A stretch of DNA of 63,984 nt, filler included, from Reclinomonas americana ATCC 50394 (GCA_048213135.1; 10 parts of 5 records of this genome joined end to end with filler, not necessarily neighbours in it), one strand, 5' to 3'; positions 12,326 to 25,711 are shown, counted from the whole stretch's first letter. Program-made: numbers and translations. Notes: generated by a model from the sequence alone, not told the origin.

Positions 12326-12988
12326 GGAGGGGGAGGGCAGCCATGCCAAGATAAAATGTACACGACGACATCTACTTCCGATTCTGCTGGCATGATGGGA
12401 AAGAGTACCAGTGTTGAAGAGGGGGCTATAAAAGACAGCGACTCGACATTGGAAGAGAACGCAACAACTGACGGCAGGTGGCGACAGGAAACAGTGCGAC
12501 GGCGGTGCGATGCAAGCAGCTGGTGGCGTCGCCACGCACACAAACTGCAGCAGAAGCAGAGAGCGACAGTGTGTCGAGGTGGATGGTGGCATCACATTAA
12601 CGCAGAGAGTGAGAGCGAGAGCGAGAGCGAGAGGGAGAGAGAGAGGGAGGGAGGGAGAGAGAGAGAGAGATTCGCGCTTCCAGTGACTTGTCCCACCCAC
12701 TCCACCGCTGCCGGCTTGTCCGCGGAAAAACCATTGCTGCCCGCTCAATTGCGCTGAAGTGCATCATGTGTTGAAAGCCACGGCTGCAGCGGCTCGCGCG
12801 CAATCTCCTAGCCACCTGAAAGCGCGCAGTGCAGTTATATCCAAAAGTGATGTCGACGTCGAAGTCAATATTAATTGCAACGTCGTATAGCGTTTTTGCG
12901 TTGAGTATACCTGGGCCAGCCTCCCGGCCAACACGATCGCAGAANNNNNNNNNNNNNNNNNNNNNNNNNNNNNNNNNNNNNNNNNNNN

Positions 12989-13000
12989 TTAATTAATTAA
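12989..13000. other. Artificial scaffold-joining linker TTAATTAATTAA (also at 26065, 31696, 37013, 42471, 52600, 56016, 59072, 61471)
   Basis: Identical 12-mer with stops in all six frames, each time padded by N runs. Confidence 0.95.
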
Positions 13001-13164
13001 NNNNNNNNNNNNNNNNNNNNNNNNNNNNNNNNNNNNNNNNNNNNTTGTTAGACTTTCGTCGATCGAATTCGCCAAGGCGCAGCGCTGCAGCGTCGTTGCA
13101 TTTCACCCAGCACAACACGCTCCCGCCTTGCGTATTCATTCAAGTAAAATCTCGGTTCCCAACC

Positions 13165-13752
13165 TCACAGCAACACACAGCTACCCTTCTTTCTTCCGGA
13201 GGACTTTGCCATCGGCGCGGAGCGATCGCGGTCGCGAATGCGTACCAACTCAATTGTGATGTTTGCAATAATCACGAGAAGCATCCACGACGGAGGCTCC
13301 ACCCGTCTAACCCAGGCAGGCTCAAGGCATCCTGACAACACCCAGCGGGCGAAACACGCGTCAGTAACCGTGGCAGGAACAGGATCGTCGGTGAGTCGGC
13401 GCAACACAGTGCGATCCTTGTCGTGGGGGCTCACACTCATACAGACGATAATCCCTCGCGTAGTGCCGCCGCAGTTCCATGTATACAGCATCTCTCGATG
13501 GCAGAGGCTGTGAGTCGTGGCGAGGAGGGATCCCGAAGAGGGCTGGCGAGAGCGACTGCGAGATGATCTTGCGGGAGTCGTCGCCAAACGAGTGGCAGAG
13601 ATTGTCGACGACGTCGAGCACCATGTGTATGCCTATGCCATGGTCATCAGCATGGTGGGTAGAAAGGAGAAGGAAGCGCGGAGAGGCCATGGACGACGCA
13701 GCGCTACGCGTGTGTAAAACCGTGAATTCGAACAGCGGTCGTCGCGTTTGTC
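13165..13752 (-). pseudogene. Possible degenerate HHxxxDG acyltransferase/condensation-domain fragment
   Basis: RPLFEFTVL...LLLSTHHADDHGIG resembles PLFR..L...LLL..HHxxxDG but has H at the D position; a downstream frame carries TVTDACFA; no clean gene model. Confidence 0.25.
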
Positions 13753-14096
13753 CTGCAAGTGTATTCTTCCCGTTCGGATCGATTGTGCTGCGGTCCTCTT
13801 GTTCTCCATGTTCTCTGTTACCTGTATCAACGACAGAGAACTCTCGGCTTCATGGTGTTCTCAACCTTCACCACCTCCAGCAAGTTCGGGTTCACGATTG
13901 AAACTGGCCATGGAGCATTTCCCTTTCGCCAGTTTTGTGATCGGATTGTCGTGATGCAGTGCCTCGTCAGCAGCACTTTACTCCAAGTATATTCACGGCT
14001 GCCAGCCTCGAAAGCGCAAGCACAGCAGCGTTTCTGTAGTTCATCGCATTGTCCCGACCACCACTTACAGTATCCACATCAGACGTCGACGACATC

Positions 14097-14363
14097 ATGT
14101 CAAAGCCCGAGAGCGGCGGCAAAGACATCCTCACCGTCCGCAAGCGCCGCATCGCCGCTGCACAGAGCGTGGACAAGCCCCCGACCGCACGTTGCGTGTG
14201 GCACGCGCATTTCGCTTTGTTCTTGCGTCACTGCTGTATTGACCGCAGCGCGTCCCCACACGCACACATCCATTCTCGCGCGCCCGCCACAGGTGCTCTC
14301 TTTGAGGAGACTGAAGCGGAGATTGTGCGACAGGAGGTGCGTGACCTTGGCGTTGGCCTAGGC

Positions 14364-14397
<34 letters not shown>

Positions 14398-15041
14398 CTG
14401 CATTCATGTGCATGTGCATGCATGCACGTGCCCGCTGCGACCACCAGTGGCTTGCAAGCGAGGACGTGCCTCTGAGCCAGGCTTCCGACGCGAACGCCAT
14501 TGCCCGCGAGGTCAAGAAGCGCTGGGATGCACTCGTGGAAGATGAGAAAAAGGTACGTCCTTGTGTTGCTGTACAGCTGCACATATACCACTCCCTTACT
14601 CCACAGAGTGCGCAGCCGTGGACTGTGCTGTCTGAGCGCCGCAAAGCTCTCGACAAGGTGACCAAGGAGGTGACGGCCAAGATCGAGAAGTTGCCGGACG
14701 TGCTCGACCTGCAAGTCGACCCCAAGAAGGGAGCGCTGTACACGGTGCCGGAAGCCGGCTCGGCCGCCAAGAGAAAGCAATTTCCCATCTGGCAGCTCGA
14801 AAAGTACTACGAGATGCCACCGGCTCAGAAGCTGCTGCTCGACTCGCTGAAGGCCACTTCCACTGCGAACGCGAGCGCCAATCCGCCGACGCCCAAGTCG
14901 AAGAGCGCTGCCGCCACCAGCGCCGGCAATGCCAGCGGATCCGGACCCACTGCGCCCACTGACAAGAAGGACGGCGACAGCAGCCCAGATGCCGGTGCCG
15001 CCACCAGTGCAGCGGGGTCCTCGAATTGCTCTGTCATGTAG
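14097..15041 (+). CDS. HMG-box-like protein with C-terminal CaaX motif (CSVM), 4 exons
   Basis: Spliced: DKPPTARALFEETEAEIVRQE|WL...NAIAREVKKRWDALVEDEKK|PWTVLSERRK, fitting the HMG pattern P.sAf.lF...iak..g..Wk.l...eK.py; ends GSSNCSVM*. Confidence 0.6.
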
Positions 15042-15292
15042 TTGCACTGCAGCGCGGCGCGTATAAACCAGCAACAAGCATACTGTCCGATACCGGTATC
15101 TCCGACGTCGACGTTCTTTCTCTCACAATTGGCGTTTGTGCGTCACAACACTACACTCTCTCTCCGCATGCAACCATCACGCGCGTCGCACACAGACACA
15201 ACTCGAGCTCAACCACTTGTCCAGAGACGTTGAACCTCGCGCAGGACACTTCTCGTTCTTCTCTCTTCTCTCCTCTCGTGTGACGCACTGGG

Positions 15293-17191
15293 ATGGCCTC
15301 TGGATCCAACTCAGCAGAAGACTGGCGCCGCCGGCAAGTCAACAGTCTGCGACGAGACTTTCCCGATCTGACAGCCTCGGCCTCTGGAGACATTCTTCAA
15401 ATCCCTTTCCGATGCTCAGTCGCACCCGCTGCCGGTGTGCCGCCCGACGCCATGCGCACAGTCACACTCACACTCAACGTGTTGCGTACACACACACAGA
15501 GAGAAACAAACACACAAACAATGACAGACGCACAGAACACGCACTCTCCCTCTCTCTCTCACACTCTTTCTCATTCTCTCAGTCCCCTACACACACTCTC
15601 TCTCACACACTCTCTCTCACACACGATCTCTCTCTCTCTCTCTCATTCTCACCACTGTCTGTCATCACTCATTTCCTTTGCTCTCTCTCCCCTCTCACAA
15701 CAGCGCTCTCCCACCGGGGTTCCCCCAACATGCACCCGTGGTGACAGTGACACCACCATGCGCACAGCGTGTGTGTGATCGCGACCCACAAGGACGGGAT
15801 GTGGTCATGCGCTTTAATCCGGTGCGACACACTCACCCTGTGTGTGTGAGTGAGTGTGCGCTCACCCCCCTCCTCTCTCTCTCTGTGCAGCTTCTGCGCT
15901 GGGCCGCGCACTCGTCGCTGACAGAGACACTGAAGAATCTCATTGCGGAATTCAAGGCCTATCCGCCCATTCTGCTGTCGTCGCTGCCGCAGATTCAGCC
16001 GTCGATGCCGCCGCCGGCACCTGCTCGCTCTCCGGTACCGGTGCCTGGTGGAGTCGCAGCGCAGCCTGCTCCACCACAACCACAGCAGCTACAACCGCAG
16101 CAGCAGCAGCAGCAGCAGCAGCCGGGCCGGCGATCACTGCCACAGCGACCGGTGTTGCCACAGGTGGCCGAGTCGTACTCGGATCTGCAGGGACTGGATG
16201 TGCACATGCTTTTGGAGCTCGCCGTGTCGTCCAACTCGTACAAGAAGGAGCAGGCGGCGGAGCTGGAGCGGTATGCGACTGCCGAGTCGCCGTTCTTGTG
16301 TTTTGCGTGTGCGCTGGATGTGGTCGATCAGTCGAACCGGGTGGTGGAGCGCCTCACGAACTCGGTGCGGAGTTTGGCCGACGAGAACAGGCTGGTTATC
16401 GACAGGGTGGAGCAGGATCGGCGGGAGGTGTGTGTGCGATATGACAACAGCTCGCTCGTTCGCTCACACACACGCCCTCTGTCACTGTTTCTTCTCGCTT
16501 GTGTTTGTTTGTCACTCACTTCTCACTCTCAAGCGCTCTCTCCTCTCACTCGACCACTTGTTGTCTTCTTGGCTTATGTTTGTGAGACTCGCCGCGCTTT
16601 CTCAAACAGTCCCACTCTCTCTTCTCTGTCGCCTGTTTCTTCTCGCTTGTGTTTTATGTGTCATACCACGCTTTCTCAAGCAGTCTCTCTCTCTCTCTCT
16701 CATCCTCACCTGCTTCTCGGTAGTGTTTGTGTGTCACATGTGCGCTCTCATTGTCAAGTGTTCTGTCCTCCATCCGTTTCGCTGGGTTCAAGCGCCTCGC
16801 CCTTCTCTCTCTCTCTCTCTTTTTTTCTCTCTCCGCCCTCTCTTATCCTTCCCCCTCTTGCTGCCTCTCACCCCCTTCCCCCTTATTGCAGGTCGCCGCT
16901 CTCTACGAAGAATGCCTGGCCCAGGAGGCCGAGCTGCAGCGGTTAGTGGAGGCCCAGCGAGTCGCCGCACAACGCTACACCAAGGCCGGCATCCACGGCG
17001 CTCTCACCGCAGCCATCAAGCGTGTCGACGCACAGTCGCTGACGTCATGTCGCGCCCTTCAACAACGCGACACCACACCCGACGGCGGCGACGAGGCCGT
17101 GCGACAGTTCCTCACCGAGTTTTTGCCGACCCGCGCCCACTACCACGAGCTGAAGATCAAGCTCGACCTGGAGAGTCGAGCTGGTCAGTAG
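15293..17191 (+). CDS. VPS37: ESCRT-I subunit VPS37-like (UEV-like N-terminus, Pro/Gln linker, Mod(r)-like C-terminus)
   Basis: RRRQVNSLRR...LPPGFPQHAPVVTV...WAAHSSL (UEV-like); C-terminal VRQFLTEFLPTRAHYHELKIK. Confidence 0.7.
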
Positions 17192-17309
17192 GAGGCGAGT
17201 CGTCGGTGAGGGAAATGGTGAGGAAAAGTGAAGAAGCGGGAGCGACAACTGTTAGGTTACTGGCGGGGAGGAGGGGGGTGAAGAGCCAGGCGGGAAAGAG
17301 TGACCATCC

Positions 17310-17815
17310 CTTCATCGTTGACCACCGTGGGCAGGTTGACGTCGGTAAGATACGAAGCAGTGGGGCAGGTCAGCACTTCATCGTCGAACGCCGGTCTCGT
17401 CTGGCGAAAGGAGGCCACCTGCAGCGGAGGCTGTCGACACTTTATTTCCACTCGATTGGTGTGATGCGACGGGAGGTTACTTGCAGAGAGGCTGGCCAGC
17501 ACTTCATCGTCGAATAGCGTTGTCCACTGTCTTCGGTGGAGTTGTTCATCATCTAGCACGGTACCTAGGCATGCAAGAGGTCTCTGTTGGTGAAATGTAA
17601 AGGCAGGTTACTTGCAGTGAAGTACAGCTTCAGTTGAGAGACGACGGAAGGTTTCCAGCAGCTGTGATGGTTAGCGCTTCATCGTCGAACAGCGTGGCCA
17701 GGTTGACGTCGGTAACAGGAGAGGCAGCGGGGCAGATCTACACTTCATCGTCGAACATGGTGGCCAGCAGCAGGTTGATGTCGGTAAGCAGCGGGGCAGT
17801 GACGCCTTCTCGATG
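17310..17815. repeat. Degenerate ~63-66-bp repeat array with core CTTCATCGTCGAA
   Basis: Cores at 17310, 17376, 17502, 17677, 17743 (weak at 17806); shared CAGGTTGAYGTCGGTAA and GCAGYGGGGCAG elements. Confidence 0.75.
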
Positions 17816-17932
17816 ATTCAGTCGGGGAAAGGCGAAGAATACCCCCCTTCTACCCCCTTCTCCCCACCCACCCCCCCACCCCCTTCTCCAATATACCCCT
17901 TGTGCGATTGGCACCAAAGGTTGTTTTTATTG

Positions 17933-19312
17933 TCAGCGCTTCGGTTGATCCCACTTGGAGGAGGCAGACTTTTTCAGCGTCGCCGCCTGCTGCAGTTGTT
18001 CACTCGACGCGGCCTCGGCATTCTGCGAAATGCGATGCTGCAGGGCGGCAGTGGCTGCGGCCATGGCTGCGACCACGGCTTCGGAGGGTGCTGCTGCTGC
18101 TGCTGCTGCTGCTGCCGCCGCAGCCGCCGATGACGAAGACGACGACGACGATTCAGGGACGAATTCCATGCGCCCACGCTGCCGCCGCTCCTCCTCCTTT
18201 TGCGTGGCATACTTGTCTTGTCTCGCACCTACTCTGCGTGCCCATTGAGCACCACTCACTTTCCAGCGACCACGACACAGACACGCAACGCAGATTGTCG
18301 AATGCATCCTCCTGCGTGAACCGATCTGGGTTGTAGATCTCGGGCGGAAAGTTGGTGCCGCGTGAGTCCAACCGCATATCGCGCACGCCCTTGTCGAGCA
18401 TCTCGGGATTGCGGAAGTTCTTGCGCTTCTCCAGCGTGGCATTGAACGGGTGCTTCTCGGCCTTGGCCAGGAACTCACAGATACGATCCTGCACGCACCA
18501 TGAACAACAACTCGCCTCTCTCTCTCTCTCCCCCCCGCTTGCCTGTCTCTCGTCGCACCTGCAGTTTGGGATCGCACTGCGCGGCAGGCGCCGGCACCAA
18601 CTCATCGAGTGCTTTCCTGCGCTTCCTCGGCGGCGGCGACACCGACTTGCGCTGCTCACCCTCTCCCTCCCGCTCCTCATCCACATGCATCAGCTCACGC
18701 GGCGTGAACGGGTCCACTGCACTCTCCTCCGCCTCCACCGTAGCAGCAGCAGCCACTCGCTTCTCACCCAGCGGCCGCACCAGCACCGACAAACCATTCG
18801 CGCGCAATCGCTCAGGCACTGGTGGTGGCGGCGGCGGCGGTGGAGGTGCTGCCTCCTCTTCCTGCGCAGCCGAAGCCGCCGCCGCCGGTGGACTGACCAG
18901 TGGCGCATCGCTGTCGTTCCCGTCCTCGTTGTAGGCAAAGATCGACAGCAGTGAGCTGCTGTGTTGCATGCGGGCGCCACTGGCGGCGACAGCTGTGCGA
19001 CAAGGAGTGGCCAGGTCAGTGTCGACACTCTCTTTCTTTGCACACACACACATGCGCGCAACTCGTGGTGTCTGCGGCGACTACTGTTGCCTCTTGCTGC
19101 TGCTGCTGTGGTTCATCGTGGCGGCGATGATGGCGATCGCTGTCGTCGTCGTCGTCGTTGTGATGATGGTGGTGGTGGTGGTGATGATGGTGATGGCGAT
19201 GGTGGCGGTGGTGGTGATGGTGGTGGTGGTTGTGAGGATGTTGCGGGTGGTCCTCAGAGGACTCGTGCTCGTTGTCTTCGTCGTCGTCGCCGTACGCCGC
19301 CAGCAGATCCAT
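17933..19312 (-). CDS. SAP30BP: SAP30-binding protein / HCNGP-like, with an N-terminal poly-His tract
   Basis: MDLLAAYGDDDED start; FNATLEKRKNFRNPEMLDK...GTNFPPEIYNP...EDAFDNL; C-terminal SSKWDQ. Confidence 0.85.
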
Positions 19313-19666
19313 CTTTAGTGTTGCGATGTGTAGGATGAAATTTTGGCGCTCACTTTTCGTTCCTTCTTTGTCGTCAAATGTTTTCTTTTTTTTCAATGGT
19401 GGTTTGTGTGAATGTGGTTGAAGTGCAAAGTGTACGTGTGAGTGAGTGTATGTGAAAGGAGGAGTAGTTGGACAGGGGGGTTGGAAAGGAAAGGAGAGTA
19501 GGAGGGAGGGGGGGAAAGATCATGAGGAGGAGGAGGGCGCGGGATAGCTGGTGGGCTCGGTTGATCACCACACAGCCTCAGTCCGAGGGGGATAAAAGGA
19601 GCCTCCCAGGGACGTGGCAGTGCCGAGAAAAAACAACCGGAACCCTTCTCCACCCGTGCGTCTCGC

Positions 19667-21290
19667 TTATTCGTCGTCGTCGCCAGCCAGGTCCTCCACC
19701 TTTGCCTCGTCGTTGCCGTCGCCTGCACGCAGACACAAAGAAGGGTGAGCGCACGCAGATTCACACCCTGCCGTAAAACGCGAGCGCGAACGACTCACCA
19801 CCCTCTTGCATGTCGCTTGTCCACAGAGTGAGGTTGTCGCGCAACAGCTGCATGATCAATGTGCTGTCCTTGTACTGCTCCTCGGTCAGCGAGTCGAGCT
19901 CGGCAATGGCCTCGTCAAAGGCCGACTTGGCCAGATCGCAGGCGCGATCGGGTGAGTTCATGATCTCAAAGTAGAACACGGAGAAGTTGAGGGCGAGGCC
20001 AAGGCGGATGGGGTGCGTCGGCGGCAGCTGCAGCAGAGCCACGTCTGATGCGGCCTTGTACGCACTGAGAGCATCCTTCGAGGCAGTCTCGCGCACTTCG
20101 CCCGAGGCGAACTCGGCCATGTACCGGTGGTAGTCGCCCTTCATCTTGTTGTAGAAGACGACCGACTCGGCAGCCTGAGCGTTCTTGATCAGGTGCTGGT
20201 CGAGCAGCGCAAGCACGTCGCGGCAGATCTTGGCCAGCTCCTCCTCAATCTTGTTGCGGTACTGGCGGATGCGCTTGACGTTCTCCGCGTTGCCCTTGTG
20301 CTCCTCCTTGGCCTCAATCGACGACACAATGCGCCACGACGCACGGCGAGCTGGCACGCACTCAAAACGTCAGTCATCAATCAACACAAGACCCACCACC
20401 AACAGGAGCAGCAAACGCACCGCCAATGACGTTCTTGTATGCCACAGACAACAGGTTGCGCTCCTCCACCGTCAACTCGGTGTCGTTCCTGGCCACGTTC
20501 TGCGACAACAAAACAAAGTGTGAGGCGCGAAAAAAATCGAAACAGCAAAACCAATCATTCATCAAACACACCTTCATGAACTCGACCATCTCTGCGAAAC
20601 GAACAAGCACGCACGGGGTGTTGTCAGTGAGAGAGTGCATCCTCACAAAACAAACACAATTGGGGGGAATGATGCTCACCATCATAGCGCTCCGCCTGCT
20701 CGGCGATCTTGGCCATGAACACGTTTTCTTCCTGCGCGCATATGCCGCATGTGGTGAGCGGGCAGAGAGAGAGAGAGAGAGGAAGAGAGGAGAGAGAGCG
20801 AACTTGAACATGGCCATCTAACCCTCCACTGCAGCACGAGTGATGAAACGCAAGAGAGAACGAGCGAGCGACGAGACAGAGAGACTAGACGCGCACGTGC
20901 GTGTGCTGTGCGTGTGGAGAGAGAGAAAAGAGGGCACATCAATATCTCGCTGCAATTGAAGCTGTACGCGCGCGCCCACGTATTACAACGGTCAGTTGTC
21001 GCACACGCAAAAGAAAGAGAAAGTGACGCCCCACAACGAAACAAGCACATGCGGAGGTTGACAGACACACACTGCAGTGGCACAGTGAAAGGGCGTGCGC
21101 GTGTGAGTGTGTGCGTGCAAAAAAACGAGGTGGTGGCGTCACGGAAAATGCGCGCACACCAACACACTCACTCACACGCACACACACGCGCGCTCATTCC
21201 AAAGAGGAGCACACACGCACGCGCACACGCAGAGAAAAGAGAGAGAGAGAGTGTGTGTGAGTGAGAGAGGCCGCGACGAACCTTCGACAT
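19667..21290 (-). CDS. 14-3-3 protein, paralogue A (6 exons)
   Basis: [23 protein letters not shown]...[22 protein letters not shown]...[20 protein letters not shown]...[20 protein letters not shown]; all introns GT-AG. Confidence 0.97.
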
Positions 21291-21431
21291 TTTGCTGTGT
21301 GGAAAGTGTGGCGAGTGGGTTACGGGTGTCCGCCGGTGTAATTCCATTCAACGAACCGTAACCCCTGCAACACAAACAATCTTTTCTTGTGAGCACCCCT
21401 CGCGCGCGACACACCACACAACACATCCACA
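21291..21431. promoter_or_regulatory. Putative bidirectional promoter between the 14-3-3 genes, with a 9-bp inverted repeat
   Basis: Only 141 bp between the two ATGs; GGGTTACGG (21317-21325) and CCGTAACCC (21356-21364). Confidence 0.6.
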
Positions 21432-22904
21432 ATGTCAAAGGTGCGTTTGCATCGTGTTGTGTTTGCGTGTGAGGGTGTTTATTTTGTTGTCGCGCGCGCC
21501 ATTTCGTTGGTCGTCACACAACGCACCTCTCTCTCTCTGCTGCTGCTGCAACAGTGCATTTGTGTGTCTTGTTCTCTCTCTCTCTCTTTCTCTTCATTTG
21601 TGCGTGCGTGTGCTTGTGTGTTTTTTTGGTGGCGTTGGCGCGCACTTTTTTCTCGTCTTTTCTTTTTGCGCGCGACTTTTGTGTGTGCGCTGCTCACGTG
21701 CGCGTCTGTGTGTGTTTTCACAGGAAGAGAGCGTGTTCATGGCAAAGGTGGCCGAGCAGGCCGAGCGATACGATGGTGAGTGCTCAAACACGCACACACA
21801 CACATTCATTGCTTTTTTTGCTGTCTCTTTCTCTCCCTCTCTCCTTTCTCCCTCCAACGTCTGGTTGTGCCTACGTACGTCTGTGGCTGTGCGCGTCACA
21901 TACTTTTATGTGTTTTTTGTGTGACATGACGCTTTACACTACGCACACACTCACTTACTTTCCTCCGTTTTTCTTATAATACACAGAGATGGTCGACTAC
22001 ATGAAGAAGGTGTGTGCCACTTGCGCGACTCGGCGTGGCGTGTGTTGATATTTATTTTTTGTTGTTGAATGCAGGTGGCCAAGAGCGACCAGGAGTTGTC
22101 GGTCGAGGAGCGCAACCTGCTGTCTGTGGCCTACAAGAACGTCATTGGTGGTGCGTCTTCCCTCTCTTCCCCGCAACGCACCTCCCTCTGCATTGTGCGC
22201 AATCCACTCACCTTACACAGCTCGCCGCGCTTCGTGGCGCATTGTCACCTCGATCGAGGCCAAGGAGGAGCACAAGGGCAACGTTGCGTCGCTCTTCTGT
22301 GTGTCTTTTCGTTGCCCTCCCCTCCGCCGCTCACGTTTGTCTCGTGCGCGCGTGTGTGCAGGCCGCGAACGTGAAGCGCATCTCCGAGTACCGCGGCAAG
22401 ATCGAGACCGAGCTGAAGGGCATTTGCCGCGACGTGCTCGACGTGCTCGACCAGCACTTGATCAAGAACGCGCAGACACCCGAGTCGGTCGTCTTCTACA
22501 ACAAGATGAAGGGCGATTACTACCGCTACATGGCCGAGTTCACCAGCGGCGCCGAGCGCACGCAGGCGGCTGAGCAGTCATTGGTGGCCTACAAGGCGGC
22601 CTCGGATGTGGCCACGGTGCAGCTGACGCCGACACACCCCATCCGCCTCGGCCTCGCCCTCAACTTCTCCGTGTTCTACTTTGAGATCATGAACTCGCCC
22701 GACCGCGCATGCGAGCTGGCCAAGTCGGCCTTCGACGAGGCCATTGCCGAGCTGGACTCACTCTCCGAGGAGCAGTACAAGGACAGCACATTGATCATGC
22801 AGCTGCTGCGCGACAACCTCACCCTGTGGACGAGCGACATGCAAGAGGCGGCCGAGGCCAATGACCAGGCCAAGCTGGAGGATGTGGACCCGGACGATGA
22901 GTAA
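21432..22904 (+). CDS. 14-3-3 protein, paralogue B (6 exons)
   Basis: [31 protein letters not shown]...[22 protein letters not shown]...[10 protein letters not shown]; stop TAA at 22904. Confidence 0.97.
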
Positions 22905-23966
22905 TCCATCTGTCTCTCCGCTTTCTTTTTTTGCTTGTTGTTGTTGTTGTTGTTCCTCTTTTTTTTTTTCCTCCCTCCCTCCCTCCCTCCTTTCTCCGAC
23001 GTTCTTGCTGGCGGTTGTGTGGTGGTGATGAAACACCATCGCCGCACGGGCTGCTCCCCTCGTATGTGTTGCTGCTGCTGGTGCCTGCTTGCTTTTGTGT
23101 CGTCTCCATTATCATTATTACTCTCTCTCTCTCCCCCTTCTCTCTCTCTCTCACTCGGGTGCTCGTCAAGTTTGTGCCGGAGCGTCAATTGAGGCGCTTC
23201 ATGTGTGCGTGGGTCTCTTGTACGCTGCGTAATGGTCATAGTGCGTGTGTGTTGTCTTCCTGATTGTTTCCTGAGCAAGTGGCGGTGTCAATGGTTGAAA
23301 CTCTTGTATGTGTGTGTGTGTGCTCGTTTGTTTTCCCCTTCGCTCCCTCCCCCCTCCTCCCCCTCTGAAGAGAAGAAAAATATTAGGCTTTTTTTGGTGT
23401 GTTTTTGTGCCCTTTGCTGCTCTCTCTGGTTCGCGACGCGGCCGTGTCTTGTTTGCCTCCTCCATCTTGCCGTCCACACATGCGGTGGTGGGGTAGTTGG
23501 CGAACCGAGGCCTGCCGGTTGTGGAGAGGGTTGAATGGCACCCTTCTTGGTTTGTGTGTGTAAACGGATTTGCGGTGTGGATCATATTTTTTCCCCTTGT
23601 TTTTCCCAATAATGTTTTTTGTTTTCGCCTGCTTTACACTAAACCAGAAAGAACACACAACAGTATATGAACACACCACCGAGCGACCGACCGTGCCTGC
23701 GGCAACAGCAGCAGCAGCAGAAGCGACACAAGAGAAAAAGCGAGACAAAAGAAAGGAAAAATCCAAGCTCATTTTTTCTCCCTCACGCACTTCTACGCCA
23801 CACTCCAGTGCCCCGGGGCCCGTGCTCCACACACCATTACCGTCCTCACGCACACACACACCACACACATTCCGTCCGTAATATATCTCTTGTTGTTGTT
23901 GTTTTTTTGAGGGGGGGAGTGGGCACAAACGAGAGGGAGGGCGATGCGACTCGCCCACCCACCGTT

Positions 23967-25103
<1,137 letters not shown>

Positions 25104-25711
25104 TGTGACTGGTGTTGCTCGTTACGAGAAAAGAATGCAAAAAAGTGGAGGGGGGGAGGGTTTGGCGCTTGCCTGTGCAACAAAAAAGAAAACAAAAACG
25201 TCTCTGGACAGACCGTGACGTCACCGGTGGTGATGGGCGTTTGTGGGCCGTTTCCAACGGTCAACTTCACTCTGTGTCCGACGTTGTGGAGAGGACCGTG
25301 GGCGTTTACTTCGTGGTCATCCTCGCATTTCCCCCGATGCCAAATGCACAACGCGTGAATGGGAAGTGGGGAGAGGGATTGCAGGAGCGGATTTGGATCT
25401 GAATTCATGAATCCATGAACGTCGAGCTCATGCAGCTTGTGCCCCTTCCGGCGACGAACGCGGCTGCGCATGCATGTAACATGCACCGTCTCCATATGGT
25501 GCCTGTCGGGCTTGCAGCCAGCTGCAGATCCGGATGCGGATCCGGATCGGGATCCTGCCGACGTCGAAGTCGCGGCACAGATTGCAGGCATGTGCAGCTG
25601 CCACGTTGATCACCAGAACTTCAAAGTCACTGCTTCAGTACACTGCGTAGATGCCTTTCTCAGTCCATGCCCCCGAAAAGCTGTCCTGTTTGTGATATTT
25701 CTTTGTGAGCA

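Noticed and set aside
12356..12757. 133-aa ORF downstream of the Ubl gene
   Set aside because: Runs through a GA microsatellite, with no coding bias or motif.
12944..13044. Recurrent TTAATTAATTAA motif as a biological repeat
   Set aside because: Always embedded in N padding with stops in all frames: an artificial contig linker. Gene neighbourhoods across it are not reliable.
17310..17815. CRISPR array (66-nt periodicity)
   Set aside because: The core is only about 13 nt and degenerate, inter-core sequences are mostly homologous rather than unique, there are no cas genes, and the context is eukaryotic.
25250..25265. RFX X-box upstream of LC8
   Set aside because: GTTTCCAACGGTCAAC does not fit the GTNRCC-N0-3-RGYAAC consensus well enough.
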